Assembly: GCA_028534125.1 (NCBI GenBank)
Contig: CM052822.1
Coordinates: forward strand, 52,452,001 to 52,516,000
Direction: 5' to 3'
DNA from: Lama glama
Taxonomy: Eukaryota
DNA: 64,000 nt
Below are positions 38,953 to 50,105 of the stretch, one piece after another. The position numbers and the translations under genes are program-made. Within the stretch, counting starts at the first letter, position 1, and each line of letters starts with the position of its first letter. Below the pieces are notes generated by a model. That model was not told where the DNA came from. It saw only the letters and a list, made by a program, of their open reading frames with translations, and searched no databases.

Positions 38953-39136
38953 TATGTGGTTTTCAAACTTTGTTTCACATGACAGTCACTTGTGGAGCTT
39001 TTAGAATCCTGATGCCCAGGCTCTCCCCTCATACCATTTAATTCAGACGTCTGGGAGTGGGAGCCAGGGCATCAGCAGTTTCCAAAGACCCTCAGGTGTT
39101 TTCAATGAGCAACAAAGTTTGGGAACCACCACTCTA
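38953..39136. mobile_element. MER5-family hAT-Charlie MITE
   Basis: gtggttttcaaactt...gatgcccaggc...gggcatcagca...caaagtttgggaaccac. Confidence 0.8.
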
Positions 39137-39974
39137 GTTCTGTTGTTCAGGTTTTGAGTGGTCTTTTCCACACGTATTTTCTCCTTAACGTCTGTTAATT
39201 TTAAGTGAGCTATTTTTTTCAGTGTGCTGGTTTTCAGGAATGCACATACCACAATGTAGCCAAAATGTTTACATTACTGTTCTGAGTTTCCAAAATATAA
39301 AGCATGAATGCATGAAAGTGTATGTAAGTATTTTATTAACATGCATCATCCTTTATAAAGGAAACAGTGGGCCTCTGGAGACAGACTGGCTCTCCAGACC
39401 TTTAGGGTGAAGTGTATGCCATCACTAGTATAACCATGTATTTGGTGGCCTCGCCACTGGCTGGTGAGCAGTGTCACGTCCACCCAGTTCTACAGCTTGG
39501 TCCCATCTACTTTACTAACAAGTAGCCGTCTTTCCCTGGATCTCCCTACTCCTGCCATTCTTTCGATTCACCAGCCACCATCACTATGCCGTCCATGATT
39601 TGCTGTCTGCCTTTCTTAGCCACTACCTTTGAATCACATCTTCTGCTTTACCATTTCTACTGCTACAAATCAGAAACAAACCTGGATTCTTGTTAGCCTT
39701 CTTATCCTCAGTTCCTATCTCTACTAAATAATTACTGCCAGATTAATTTTCCTAAAGTACATGTGCACTTTTTCTCAAGCCTGATTTACATCTTACTTCT
39801 CTCATACAATGTTTCAAGATTCTAACATTCACCTTCCTCTTCCTCAAGCAATTAAAATGTGTACTGCTCAATTTGTCCAATAAGGAAAAAAGGCAGTGAA
39901 TAAAATATTGTAGCAGAATAAGCTCTGGGACTGAGAAAAAGGTTGCCTGTGATGCAGTCTATGTCCATGAGCAA

Positions 39975-40190
39975 TAACAACTGACATTTATTGAGTGCTT
40001 ATTACATGCCGGTCTTCATAAGAATTACTTTTAGTCCCCCCAAAATTTGATGATGTAAATGCCATCATTTCTCCATTTTACAGATGGGAAAACTGAAGTA
40101 AGAAGGTTAAGTAATCCACTCAAAGTCACACAGGATCCAATTCCAAACAGGCTAGCTCCTGAGATAGTGTCCTTAATTATGATTCTATAC
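39975..40190 (-). mobile_element. MIR SINE
   Basis: acatttattgagtgcttatta...ccattttacagatgggaaaactgaag. Confidence 0.75.
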
Positions 40191-42869
40191 TGCTATTCAA
40201 TTAGCAAGGCTGTTATGTTTGATTTTTTTCCATCTCTTAAAAATGAGAGTTAAAAATGTCTGTCTTAACTTAAAAGGAAAAAAATACATAATATATGAAA
40301 AACTTAGTAATTTATAATTAAATGAACTAATATTTCCACATCAATTACCTTTATCATTTGGGATATTTATTATTTTTCCATACATGAATTATTTCATGTT
40401 TATAATTAAAGCTCTGTACCTATTCAGAAATTTCCTTGTAAGGAGAGAACCTGATTTATTTATGTCTTTTTCTGCCTTGGAGAACCCTAGAAAGATCTAA
40501 TAAATATATATTGCTAATTGGTTAACATTTGTAAAACTTGTAGAAATACAAATAAATAAAAAATAAAAGTAAATAAAAGATCATATCATATTAGGTCACA
40601 AATAATGTCTTAATTTTCCAATTATGATTGTCATTTTTTTTTCCATGAACCATTCACAGGAAAAGTGTAAATTCAGTTTCCTCAGAATCTAGTATGAGTT
40701 TGATTCTTCAGATTAATGAAAAGAATACAGGATACAAAGGGAGATGAGGGCCCTGCTTCTCAGGGGAATCATTAAGCAGTACTTCCAGAGAGAGACCCAT
40801 TTTATGTCTATTGGTTGCTACTAATAGGAAGTAACTCCAGGAATGTCAGATATCCTATCCTTTCTCATCTCTTTTTCTGCCCTATTCTTGAAAAATCTTT
40901 ATCACTGTTCTAGATACACTCAATGGGATTACTAATGAGAGAGAGTTTCATGACTGGGTTTGGAGATACATAAAATGTTGGGCAAATCTTAAATAAACTA
41001 AACATATCAGAAAATTTTAGTTTTCTGTTCAAAGTTTAGATTTAGAACTAATATAATGAATGTTCCATCACTAAAATAAAAAGGCACTCCAGCAAACTTT
41101 GACTCTTTTAACAGTGAGAATATTATTTACATGAGTAGTACATTGAAAGATTTTAAGCTCAAAAATCTCACTGAACCCCTACTTGACTTTTTAGTTGTCA
41201 GATGTTTATATGTATCACTTCCCTCTTTGGGAACTTTAATTTTCCATTATGAGGTGTTAAACTCTCTATGTCCATGTACTCCCAAGGCCACAAGGCTAAT
41301 TTAGATAAATCACATATGTAAGACCTGCATCTAGATGTAACTCATTTTTTATCTTTAATTAAAGACTTTTCTTTATTCATAGGCTTTCTCTCCACATCTG
41401 TGATCATTAGGGACTACAGAAAACATGGTTTTAAGATGTGTGTGTAAAAAATGTTCAAATCAAAGAGATTCTGTGATGCCCTATAAACATTGCACATCTG
41501 TTATTTATTTGGCATATTAATTTAATGGAAACTACAGGGTCATAAACGTATAATGTATTTCTGATGAACTTAGCTCTGTAAGTTACTACATAATGTTACT
41601 AAACATTTTCAAGTATAAATGCACTCTAAGAGATGAAAAACTACATGGATTATTCACTTTTAAATATTTGGCACATTATTTTTAAAACCTCCTTACTAAT
41701 GATACCTCATTTATCACTAATTAGTACTTTGGTTTTCTTTCAGTTTAATGTCTAACATTTGCAAACCACACAGTATCTTCGTTTTTTAATTTATGGAAGG
41801 TATTTTCATTTACCACCACCACCCACCCCACCCCGTACAAACGGGGCACTTATCATCTGATTCCTGAATGTATGTGGTTTCAGACAGGTCAGAGCTTAAG
41901 TTTCAGTATACAAGATACTAAATATCTGGGAGTGATCTGTAGGTAGTTTCATGGGTATGCTGTACTGAAAACAGACGCTTCACTTTTCAGAAGAAAACTG
42001 ACAACATTGCAAAAGTTTTCAAACCCACAACTCTCCAGTTAAGAAATCACAAGTCTAACTGAAATTATAAGGCTATTTTGTAAAAAGGGGAAACTACTAC
42101 CACTAGTATTTTGTATACAGATTCTTTCATAAATTCAAGTCCTTTGAAGTTAGGGTACCGCAGTAAAATAAGAGTGAGGTTTTCTAATAACATATGGTAA
42201 TATCCAAATGGGGTCTAAGGAAACTGAGGCCCGGAGGAGCTGATGTTACTGTTGCGAGGCCACCCTCACAATGTCGTTAGCATAGCAGGACTGGAACCCA
42301 GCCTGGTGCTTATCTAGAAGACTCTTCCTCAATCAGTCCTTTCCAGGGCGGTGCAGCCGGCCAGCCTTTTAGTCACTAATTTCACCGAGGGCAGGGAGGC
42401 CTTGGGGCGTGGTAGAAGGAAGACTGTTTTTCTAAGGGAGACTCAATACTTTTCCGTTTGCATTGTTTCTTAAATAAATGAGTACCAACGCCTCCGCGTT
42501 GGTGCGCTTTTAGAGGGAAACGCAGACTAAGCGAACATGCTTTTTATTGCTGTGTTTTCCAGACATGTATACCACATGGTTACGTGTGCAACTTCGTCCT
42601 GGGCCCTGTAGCTGCTAAACGGTTAATTTTTGGCCCGTGGGGCAGAAAACCAGATTCCACCTCCCCGCTTCTACATTTCATACCAGAACAGCGCTTATCT
42701 CGCTATTTCACTTGTGACGAAAACACCTATTTCGTTTTCTCCCGCCTTCTCTGTCTTTCCTCAACATTTCCCCGGTAAGAAACTTCTGCCACAAACCCTT
42801 CCACTCCGCTAGGAAACCCGCTCGCCCAGTCTCCCCACTACCCCACCTTCAGGAAGCTTCCTCCTCTCT

Positions 42870-43400
42870 TCCTCCTGGCGCTTGCTTTTGTCCCCCTCAG
42901 CTTCCGAGGTCACCGCCCAGAAAAACAGTGGAAACACACTGCGCACGCGCATTAAAACCGGCCCGCGCTTTGCCTCTCGGGTATGGCTGGCCGGGTTCTT
43001 TCAGTCTCTGATTCGCGGAGGCGGCCTGCGGTGACTCTCGCGGTATTTGCTACTGCCAGTCAGCGGAAGCCGCCGTAGGGTAGTGGCGGGCCTTTTTGGC
43101 TCCTCTTGTCGCCGGCGCTGCTGTGTGGACAGCGGCCGGGCCGAGCATAATGACGTCCGCCTTGGAGAACTACATCAACCGTATCCTCCAGCTGGCGCCG
43201 CGGGCATTAGCCCTGGCCGTGGCGAGGCCCGCGTCTGCACCGGAGAGGACTGATGCTGGAGAGGTCGGGATCGGCGGGCGGTTGGGACGCCCGGCCACTG
43301 CGGAGGCCTGGGATGCGGGTGTGGGGTTTAATGACCTGGGACTCACCAGTCCCGCCTCCAGGGCTGGGACCAGCAGCTTCTGCGGGCCCAAGGCGCCTTT
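42870..43400 (+). promoter_or_regulatory. LSM8: CpG island / promoter of LSM8
   Basis: Sharp rise in GC and CpG around exon 1. NRF1-like TGCGCACGCGCA at 42940-42951, TCTCGCG-type motif at 43036-43045, ETS-like GCGGAAG at 43063-43069. Confidence 0.88.
43150..43180 (+). CDS. LSM8: LSM8 coding exon 1 (MTSALENYIN + first base of Arg11)
   Basis: ATG at 43150 with A at -3 and an in-frame upstream TAG at 43081. The translation matches the LSm8 N-terminus. The exon is followed by the GTATCCT donor. Confidence 0.97.
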
Positions 43401-44360
43401 TAATTTTAACCCGGGAAAAAAAAAAAAAACCAGTATGATTATTCCAAACTTTTCCTTGTCTGTATGGAAACCAGCTATTGAGTCATCCTTACTATTTCCC
43501 TAGGGCCTATACGTTCAGGTTTAGGAATATTTGAAGTTTTACTAGCGGCGACAATGGTCTTGTAAATCCATGCATTTGTTTCATTCATAGACATTGTTCA
43601 TTGTTTGAGGATAGCAAAAACTTTGCAGATGGTGCACAAATAGAATTTCTGCCCCTTTACCACTTGAAATCCCAGCTTCTTTGTTGATGGAATTAAATAA
43701 TGCTTGCTGTTGTAATGGATCGTCCTGAGGGACAAATAACTTTAAAAAGCCCACGTGAAGTACCCTATACACCTGTTACCTTTTTAACGTCTCGGGCCAT
43801 AACTACTACATTGTACTCTCATGTACAAATTTTGGGCAAAAGTGAAATGCTAAAAGGCTTTTTAATGATGCAAGCATATTGGTACCTAGTGGCATTGATT
43901 ATTGCTCCTTTCTCTTGAATTCCAAAAGCCTGGTCCTGGAAGATTGTGTCTTAATGTGCTTGAAATCAGTCAGCATTCATTAGTTTAACACTGATCCAAT
44001 TTTCGTTTTAGAGTTAAATATACAGGTCTAAGAAAGGGGAAAATGCCTTGCTCAGTTGTCAGATTGGCAATATTCCCCAGTGAAAAAAGAGTACCAAACA
44101 CCCCAGCTGTTTTGGAATAAGATACACTGATCATATACAGAAAGGGATGTTCTTTTCCTATTTCTTTATGTTTTTAAATTGTGTAATTTTCACACACAAA
44201 AAATGAGGAGCATAGTTTTTATGTTGTAAATGTGGCTGTGTTGAAAAGCTGTATGTTAATTCTGTCACCTTTTCCCTAGTAATTTAAATCTTTTCCTTGC
44301 AAGATTTTAAGTTTTCAGTTTGCATTCCAAGAGAAATGCTTTCCTTGATTCATTTATCAG
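43181..44360 (+). other. LSM8: U12-type (minor spliceosome) GT-AG intron 1 of LSM8
   Basis: 5'ss GTATCCTC (consensus RTATCCTT). Branch sequence TTTCCTTGAT at 44340-44349 (consensus TTCCTTRAY), with the A at 44348 lying 12 nt before the end of the AG. No long pyrimidine tract next to the AG. Confidence 0.92.
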
Positions 44361-44401
44361 GAACTGTTGCTGTTATTACTTCTGACGGGAGAATGATTGT
44401 G
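44361..44401 (+). CDS. LSM8: LSM8 coding exon 2 (RTVAVITSDGRMIV), 41 nt
   Basis: Acceptor CAG ends at 44360 and the donor is GTAAGT at 44402. It encodes part of the Sm1 motif and the phase matches exon 1. Confidence 0.97.
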
Positions 44402-45239
44402 GTAAGTACTTGGCATATTCATTCTCTGTTTTCTAGCTGGTTTACTGGTTGTAAATTATTATGTAGAACCTCTGATCTCTAATGCCTAGGCACCACAGTA
44501 CACCTGCATTGCAGTTTTATGATTCAGCTCTGTATCACTGTGATAAATAGCTGCCAATGCATTCTTTTTTCTATTAACAAACATTGAGTGTATGCTACAT
44601 TCAAGGCTTCTAGAAGCTAGGATGAGTCTGCCTTCAGAGAGCTTCTAGTCTAGTCTGCAGATATCTGCCTGTCTTTTTATTCTTCTTCCTTTTCCATTTT
44701 TTATTTCCTTCTGCATTCAGTGCTCTGATATCCACTCTACATGAATCATACAATCTTTTTGAAGTTTTATGTCTGCCTCTTAGAAACTTTTTTATGATTT
44801 AGAGACTACCTCCATAAAATAATGAACTTGTAAGGCTTTTATGGTGATCATCTTTGGATATTCTTGGGTTGGTATGATCTCTGTCTTCTGTAGAATAAAT
44901 TATGATGAATGACTAAATTTACTTGTGCTGCTATCACAGTATCCCCTTTTAATTCCAGAAAAATCCTAGATTCTCTCCTTGACCTGTTTCTTGATCTGAG
45001 GAATTTATCCCATGATTTTTGGCTTCTTAATTATTTCTTTATTTATAACTCATACTGTTGTTCACTGTCAAATAAGTTTTAAGGCTGCTGAACTTTCTCT
45101 ATTTTCTAACTATCTAATTCATATAATTTAATCTTTTATTTTCCCATTCTGCAGTTCTGTTTTTGTTTCTTTTCTGTTTAATTCTTTTGCTTTTTCTCAG
45201 TGGGTTGTTAAGTGACTATTACCAAACTGTCAGACTTTG

Positions 45240-45915
45240 CCATTTATTAAACATATCAGGTACCGTGCACGTTACATGTGTTATGTCAGTTGATCTCAGT
45301 CCAGCTCTGTGAAGGAGAATTAACCTTGTACTGTAGGTTAGGAACCAAGCTCAGAAAACGTGAGTCACCTTCCCAGAGTCGTGTGGACAATACATGGCAG
45401 AACCAGACTGGAGTTTAAATTGGATTCGACTCCAAAGCTAATATTTCCTTCAAGTTCTGGAACGTTCTAATTGTTACAGTCACATTTGTACCTACTCTTA
45501 CTGGGTTATTGGAAAGGATTAAGTAAGAAAATCCACTTGAGGCCCATAGAACACTGTTTGGCAAATACCTCGTTCAGCACTCATTAAGTCTTAGCTGTTA
45601 CTACCAGTTGAAGTTTCTGTATACTTATGGGACTGATTTGAATTTCTTTAAAGTGGTAGATTATATTTGCTTGTTCATAGTAGTATAAAACAGTAGTTCA
45701 TTGGTCTGGATTTGAAGCTAGCCTTTCATGATTCAGATTCTAGCTCTGCTAATTTCTATCCATTAAACCTTGAGGGATTACCTCTCTGTGCCTCAGTTTT
45801 CTCTGAGGGAATATTTATAGTATCTACCTCGAAGAGTGGAGTTTAGTTGAGGTACTGTATGCAGCATGTTTAGCACAAGGTCTAGTACTGGTAGGTAATA
45901 TGAAGTGATACTGTG
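45240..45915. mobile_element. Cluster of MIR fragments in LSM8 intron 2, both orientations
   Basis: Antisense MIR at ~45240-45440 and sense MIR at ~45690-45915 (cctctctgtgcctcagttttc). Confidence 0.6.
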
Positions 45916-46321
45916 ACATTGCTGTAGCTGCTGTGTATAGGGATATTTCCCTTAAATTCCCCTTGTTTTAGTTTATATTTTTAAAATGTTAGCTCTTGGA
46001 CTATTAGGCTTTTATGCTGCTTCCTTGGAAATAAACTAGTACATTTGTGTCCTTTGTAATTCTCAACAACTCTGCATGCTACTCAGAAGTGTGTTGTAGT
46101 TTTATTTTTTCCCCCCTTAAAAAACCAAGAGGTAAATTTTGTGCCCAAGAATACTGCTGCTCATAAAGAGGTATTTTGTTTTACAGTAGATATATAGATA
46201 TGGATATATAGATACATATTTAAAATAGGTATTTCTTTTGGAGTACCTGGCAACTAAAATTGTGTATGCATTCAGATAAACCAGAATTATTTGTCTTTTT
46301 CTCTTAATGTTTTCTTTACAG

Positions 46322-46449
46322 GGAACACTGAAAGGTTTTGACCAGACCATTAATTTGATTTTGGATGAAAGCCATGAACGAGTGTTCAGCTCTTCACAGG
46401 GAGTAGAACAAGTGGTGCTAGGGTTATACATTGTAAGAGGAGATAATGT
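46322..46449 (+). CDS. LSM8: LSM8 coding exon 3 (GTLKGFDQTINLILDESHERVFSSSQGVEQVVLGLYIVRGDN+), 128 nt
   Basis: Acceptor tttctttacAG and donor GTAAGT at 46450. Sm1 (GxLxGFDQxxNL) and Sm2 (IVRGDN) motifs are present. Confidence 0.98.
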
Positions 46450-46944
46450 GTAAGTACAATGCATCTTTTTTTAAGGCAAGTTAAATATACTACTCATGTA
46501 CTACCTTGCTGTATGGAGAAAAGTTTTTTAATCTACTGAGATTTGTCCGTATTTCTAATAGAAGTAGCCTGGATAAGGTCCAGAAAGGGCTCTGCCTTGA
46601 CACTGAATACTTCATTGGAGAGACTTCTTAAAATGTTCTTACAAAATACCCCTAATTTCAGAGGAACATAAATATACTTCTAGGGTTCACGGCTAGGGTT
46701 TAAAATTGTCTTTGAAATCTCCTGTGTGAACAGTTCAAAATAATTAATGCTTTAAAACATAGCTGAATTCATTAACAAGTATTTATCCATTACTTATTTT
46801 TTCTTTTAATTTTTTAGTATAATTAGCACTTAAGATGTCCCGTGTTTATGTCATGGCCTCAGTTAATTTGGGACACATTGATATGGCAGTTCAAGAAGAT
46901 ATATTTTAGTGGCAGCAATTTAGGAAAAGTCTGCAATAGTGTAG

Positions 46945-47151
46945 AGCAATACTGTCCAGTAAAACTTTGGGGGATGATGGAAATGTTGTGTATCTGCATT
47001 GTCTACTGTGGTAGGTACCAGCCATGTGTGTGGCTGTTGAGTACTTGACAGGTGGTTGGTGTGACTGAAGAACTGAATTTTAGGTTTTATTTAATTGTAA
47101 TTAATTTTAATAGTCACCTGTGGCTAGCAGCTACTTTATTACACAGTGCAG
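46945..47151. mobile_element. MER3 hAT-Charlie MITE in LSM8 intron 3
   Basis: ctgtcca...gatgatggaaatgtt...tgtgactgaagaactgaatttt...tgtggctagcagctac. Confidence 0.85.
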
Positions 47152-47589
47152 TTACAGAGGCCAGAAGATTGTTGAATCAGTTTTCTAGGGAGTACTGTTT
47201 AGAATTAAAACACAGCTGGAAGGCAGCAAAAGATAATGTTGGCATCTCCGATTATTTTGTTGGACAAGTAGGGTATGGAAGATGGAGGAATACTCTAGTC
47301 ATTTTAATTGTCTGTCTTAAGAAAATCACTTTTAGATGGATAGCTTATTTGTTCTTTAATCAAAATCGGGGCTTTATAAAATATTCTAGAGAGATGACTT
47401 TTGGGTGAAGTGAGCTGTAAAGAATGAGAGGAAGGCAAAGCAGACCAGTTCCCCTGACCAGAACAGTGCTGACTGTTTATACTGGGGTTCTGCCTAATAA
47501 TTGATTTTAAGATGCTTTCTCCTACTTTAATTGAAATAAAACATTTTTTTGAACTTCAATTTTAAAGAATTTAAAACATTGCTGTAGAC

Positions 47590-47802
47590 CCAGTGGTATG
47601 CTGGAGCCAGCTTATACTGGTTTATAGAAGCAGATTTTTATATTTTGGAGAATTTTGCAAACTGGTTGATTGATGTCTTGTTGGTAGCTTAAAATTGGCC
47701 ATAGTGGGAGTATTACACTGCAGATATCAGTCAACACTGCAAATCAGCCTCCCCATTTTTCTTTGGAGAGCTGGTTTTAAAATATTTACCAGCACTCCAC
47801 TG
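47590..47802. mobile_element. MER63-like hAT-Blackjack element in LSM8 intron 3
   Basis: TIR-like ends cagtggtatgctgg / ccagcactccactg. Internal ttggtagcttaaaattggccatagtgggagtatt. Confidence 0.8.
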
Positions 47803-48731
47803 TCTTCCATAAGGATTTTAAATGATACTAAATTTTTAAGGATGGAATTGAGATCTTTGATTTGTTTCATATTGAGAAAACTTAATATATTCCCCTAGGG
47901 TTTGGTGCTTCCCATTTATTAGCGAACTGAAAACTTTATATAGTTTAAAGCAAAATCAGGCAAATTCCGTATTACAAGTATTTGTCTGTAGGATTTACTA
48001 TCATTAAAACAAAACAAATTTACACAACCAGTTTTTTATGGAATAATGCTTTATGCAAGTCCTGTGGTCTGGATGTATCAATGACTACATCCAGCTGGAG
48101 GCCATGGCTTGGTTACCTGGTATTCCATGATATTAATGAAACTGATGTTATAGGTGTTATGTTAATGTCGAATCAGGGAAAAGTCAGTTTGCTGGCTTTA
48201 ACCCTAGCCAGTCATATCAAAAACTCATTTATTAGATACCTAAGTATCTATGATTATCTTTGTATATGAAGAACTGTACTTCTTTTTGGTATTGGATTTA
48301 AGTTGAGTAAACTGAGAAATCAGGGAAAGGAAACTAGTAGATATTATATATACCATTGATGGATTTAATTCATTGAAGTTACTCAAATAATACACTTTTA
48401 CTTGCTTATTTAGTAGTGATTTTGTGACTTCCCCACTCCCTCACCCCCCAGCCCCAGTGAAGCTTTGGGTTTTGTACCATATCTATCCCTTATGTGTCTT
48501 TTTCCTTTAAAGACTCGTGATCCAGTAACGCTATATGCAGTCTGTCCTTTAATATTTGTTCCTGTAACAATGTTGTCTTCAAGTTATTTCTTGAGTTTTG
48601 TGACTCAAACGTGCAATTCACTACCACATGAAAATGTTTTTCACCATAAGCAGTTCTTTTTACTATCTTTTCTCAGTTTTAGTCAGAAATGAGCTTGTTT
48701 TAACTTTTTTTTTTCCCTTAAATAATTACAG

Positions 48732-48822
48732 TGCAGTCATTGGAGAAATTGATGAAGAGACAGATTCTGCACTTGATTTGGGGAATATACGAGCAGAACC
48801 TCTGAACTCTGTAGCACACTGA
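48732..48822 (+). CDS. LSM8: LSM8 coding exon 4 (VAVIGEIDEETDSALDLGNIRAEPLNSVAH*)
   Basis: Acceptor tacAG ends at 48731 and TGA is at 48820-48822. The spliced CDS is 31+41+128+91=291 nt = 96 aa + stop, matching U6 snRNA-associated LSm8. Confidence 0.98.
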
Positions 48823-48960
48823 GGGAAAAAACTACATACATTGGACATCTGTAAATCTTTGTACAGAAACTGACTATTCTGAGGATGATGTGCTGAATTT
48901 TTATCAATGTGTAATTGTGGATTTTGACTCCATATTGATTCATTGTAATATGATATGTAA

Positions 48961-48966
48961 ATTAAA
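48961..48966 (+). terminator. LSM8: Candidate proximal LSM8 poly(A) signal ATTAAA
   Basis: ATTAAA ~140 nt after the stop, with TGTA elements upstream and T/GT-rich sequence downstream. Alternatives are ATTAAA at 49038-49043 and AATAAA at 49856-49861. Confidence 0.55.
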
Positions 48967-49871
48967 ATATTTCTACACTTTTCTTGAAAAAACTTTTTTT
49001 AAAAATCATAAGATTGGTGGCTTGGTTTTATTTTTCTATTAAATAGTGTAAAATCTAATCATTATTTTGAGAACGTTTAGAAAGGATATTCTGGTATTTT
49101 AATGTTTATGGAAAACTAGTTGAAAAGAGAAATTCATGTGCTCTATAGATTAAGCATACAAATACCATTTGTTGTACAGCATACAAATGTTTCTTTGCCT
49201 GATTTTTAAGAAAGTCACAGGAAGGTAAGTCTTGTCTTCTGCAATTATCTGACCCATCCCTATTTATCACACTGCCCTGCTGGTTGCCCCCTACCACTTT
49301 GGAAGTGCGGGTAAAAGTGTGTTTGGTTGAGAAAAGGAAACATGCTAACAAAGTTGTATGTTATCTGAAGAAAATTGTTTCCATATATAGTCCTATAAGC
49401 CATCTGAGCTTTTAATTTTAAGAATTGGGGAACTTCTAGTATTAAAGGGGTTTTGTGTTGTTTATAAATGTGAGTAAATACACCTTAAGTCTATATGGAG
49501 GCAGTGCTCGCTATTATTGTCAACAACTTTCCATGACTCCCTATTTCCATAAACCTGATTTCAAAAGAAGTAAACATGTTTTCTCTGAGCATGTCTGGCC
49601 TATTCTTTGGTTATTTGAGTGAATCAATTAAGTAATTAATGTCCCTCATCTACAAATAGGCTGTTTCCTAAAACTCCTTTATACAGTTCATTTTTATACT
49701 TTTAAAAGAATCCATAGAAACAACGTTATAAGTAGTGTTCAGATATCCAGGCTAGTCCCCAGAACTTAAAATCAAGTCAGGTAGGCCAAAGTGTGTAACT
49801 TTGTGGTAAGAATAGAAAAATATTTACATTCTATAGTTTCTTTTTCTTTTCTTTTAATAAAAGTGTTTAAA

Positions 49872-49962
49872 ATAGGAGTTGGCAAGCTTTTTTTTGTAAA
49901 GATGCAGTTAGTAAATATTTTAAGCTTTGAGGGACATATGGTCTGTCACAGCTACTCAACTC
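49872..49962. mobile_element. MER58A fragment running into an assembly gap
   Basis: ggagttggcaagcttttt...tagtaaatattttaagctttgagggacatatggtc...gctactcaactc. Confidence 0.75.
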
Positions 49963-50105
49963 NNNNNNNNNNNNNNNNNNNNNNNNNNNNNNNNNNNNNN
50001 NNNNNNNNNNNNNNNNNNNNNNNNNNNNNNNNNNNNNNNNNNNNNNNNNNNNNNNNNNNNNNNNNNNNNNNNNNNNNNNNNNNNNNNNNNNNNNNNNNNN
50101 NNNNN
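49963..50105. other. Assembly gap (143 N)
   Basis: Run of N. Confidence 0.99.

Noticed and set aside
40850-40863. Other RTATCCT-like words (40850, 44939, 54341)
   Set aside because: Imperfect, not at exon ends and expected by chance. No tandem USSE arrangement.
43096-43149. N-terminal extension of LSM8 from a TTG start in the ORF track
   Set aside because: Artefact of allowing bacterial-type start codons. The ATG at 43150 has adequate context and matches the known LSm8 N-terminus.
48628-48731. 5' part of the 64-aa ORF ending in the LSM8 C-terminus
   Set aside because: Intronic read-in; the true exon starts at 48732.
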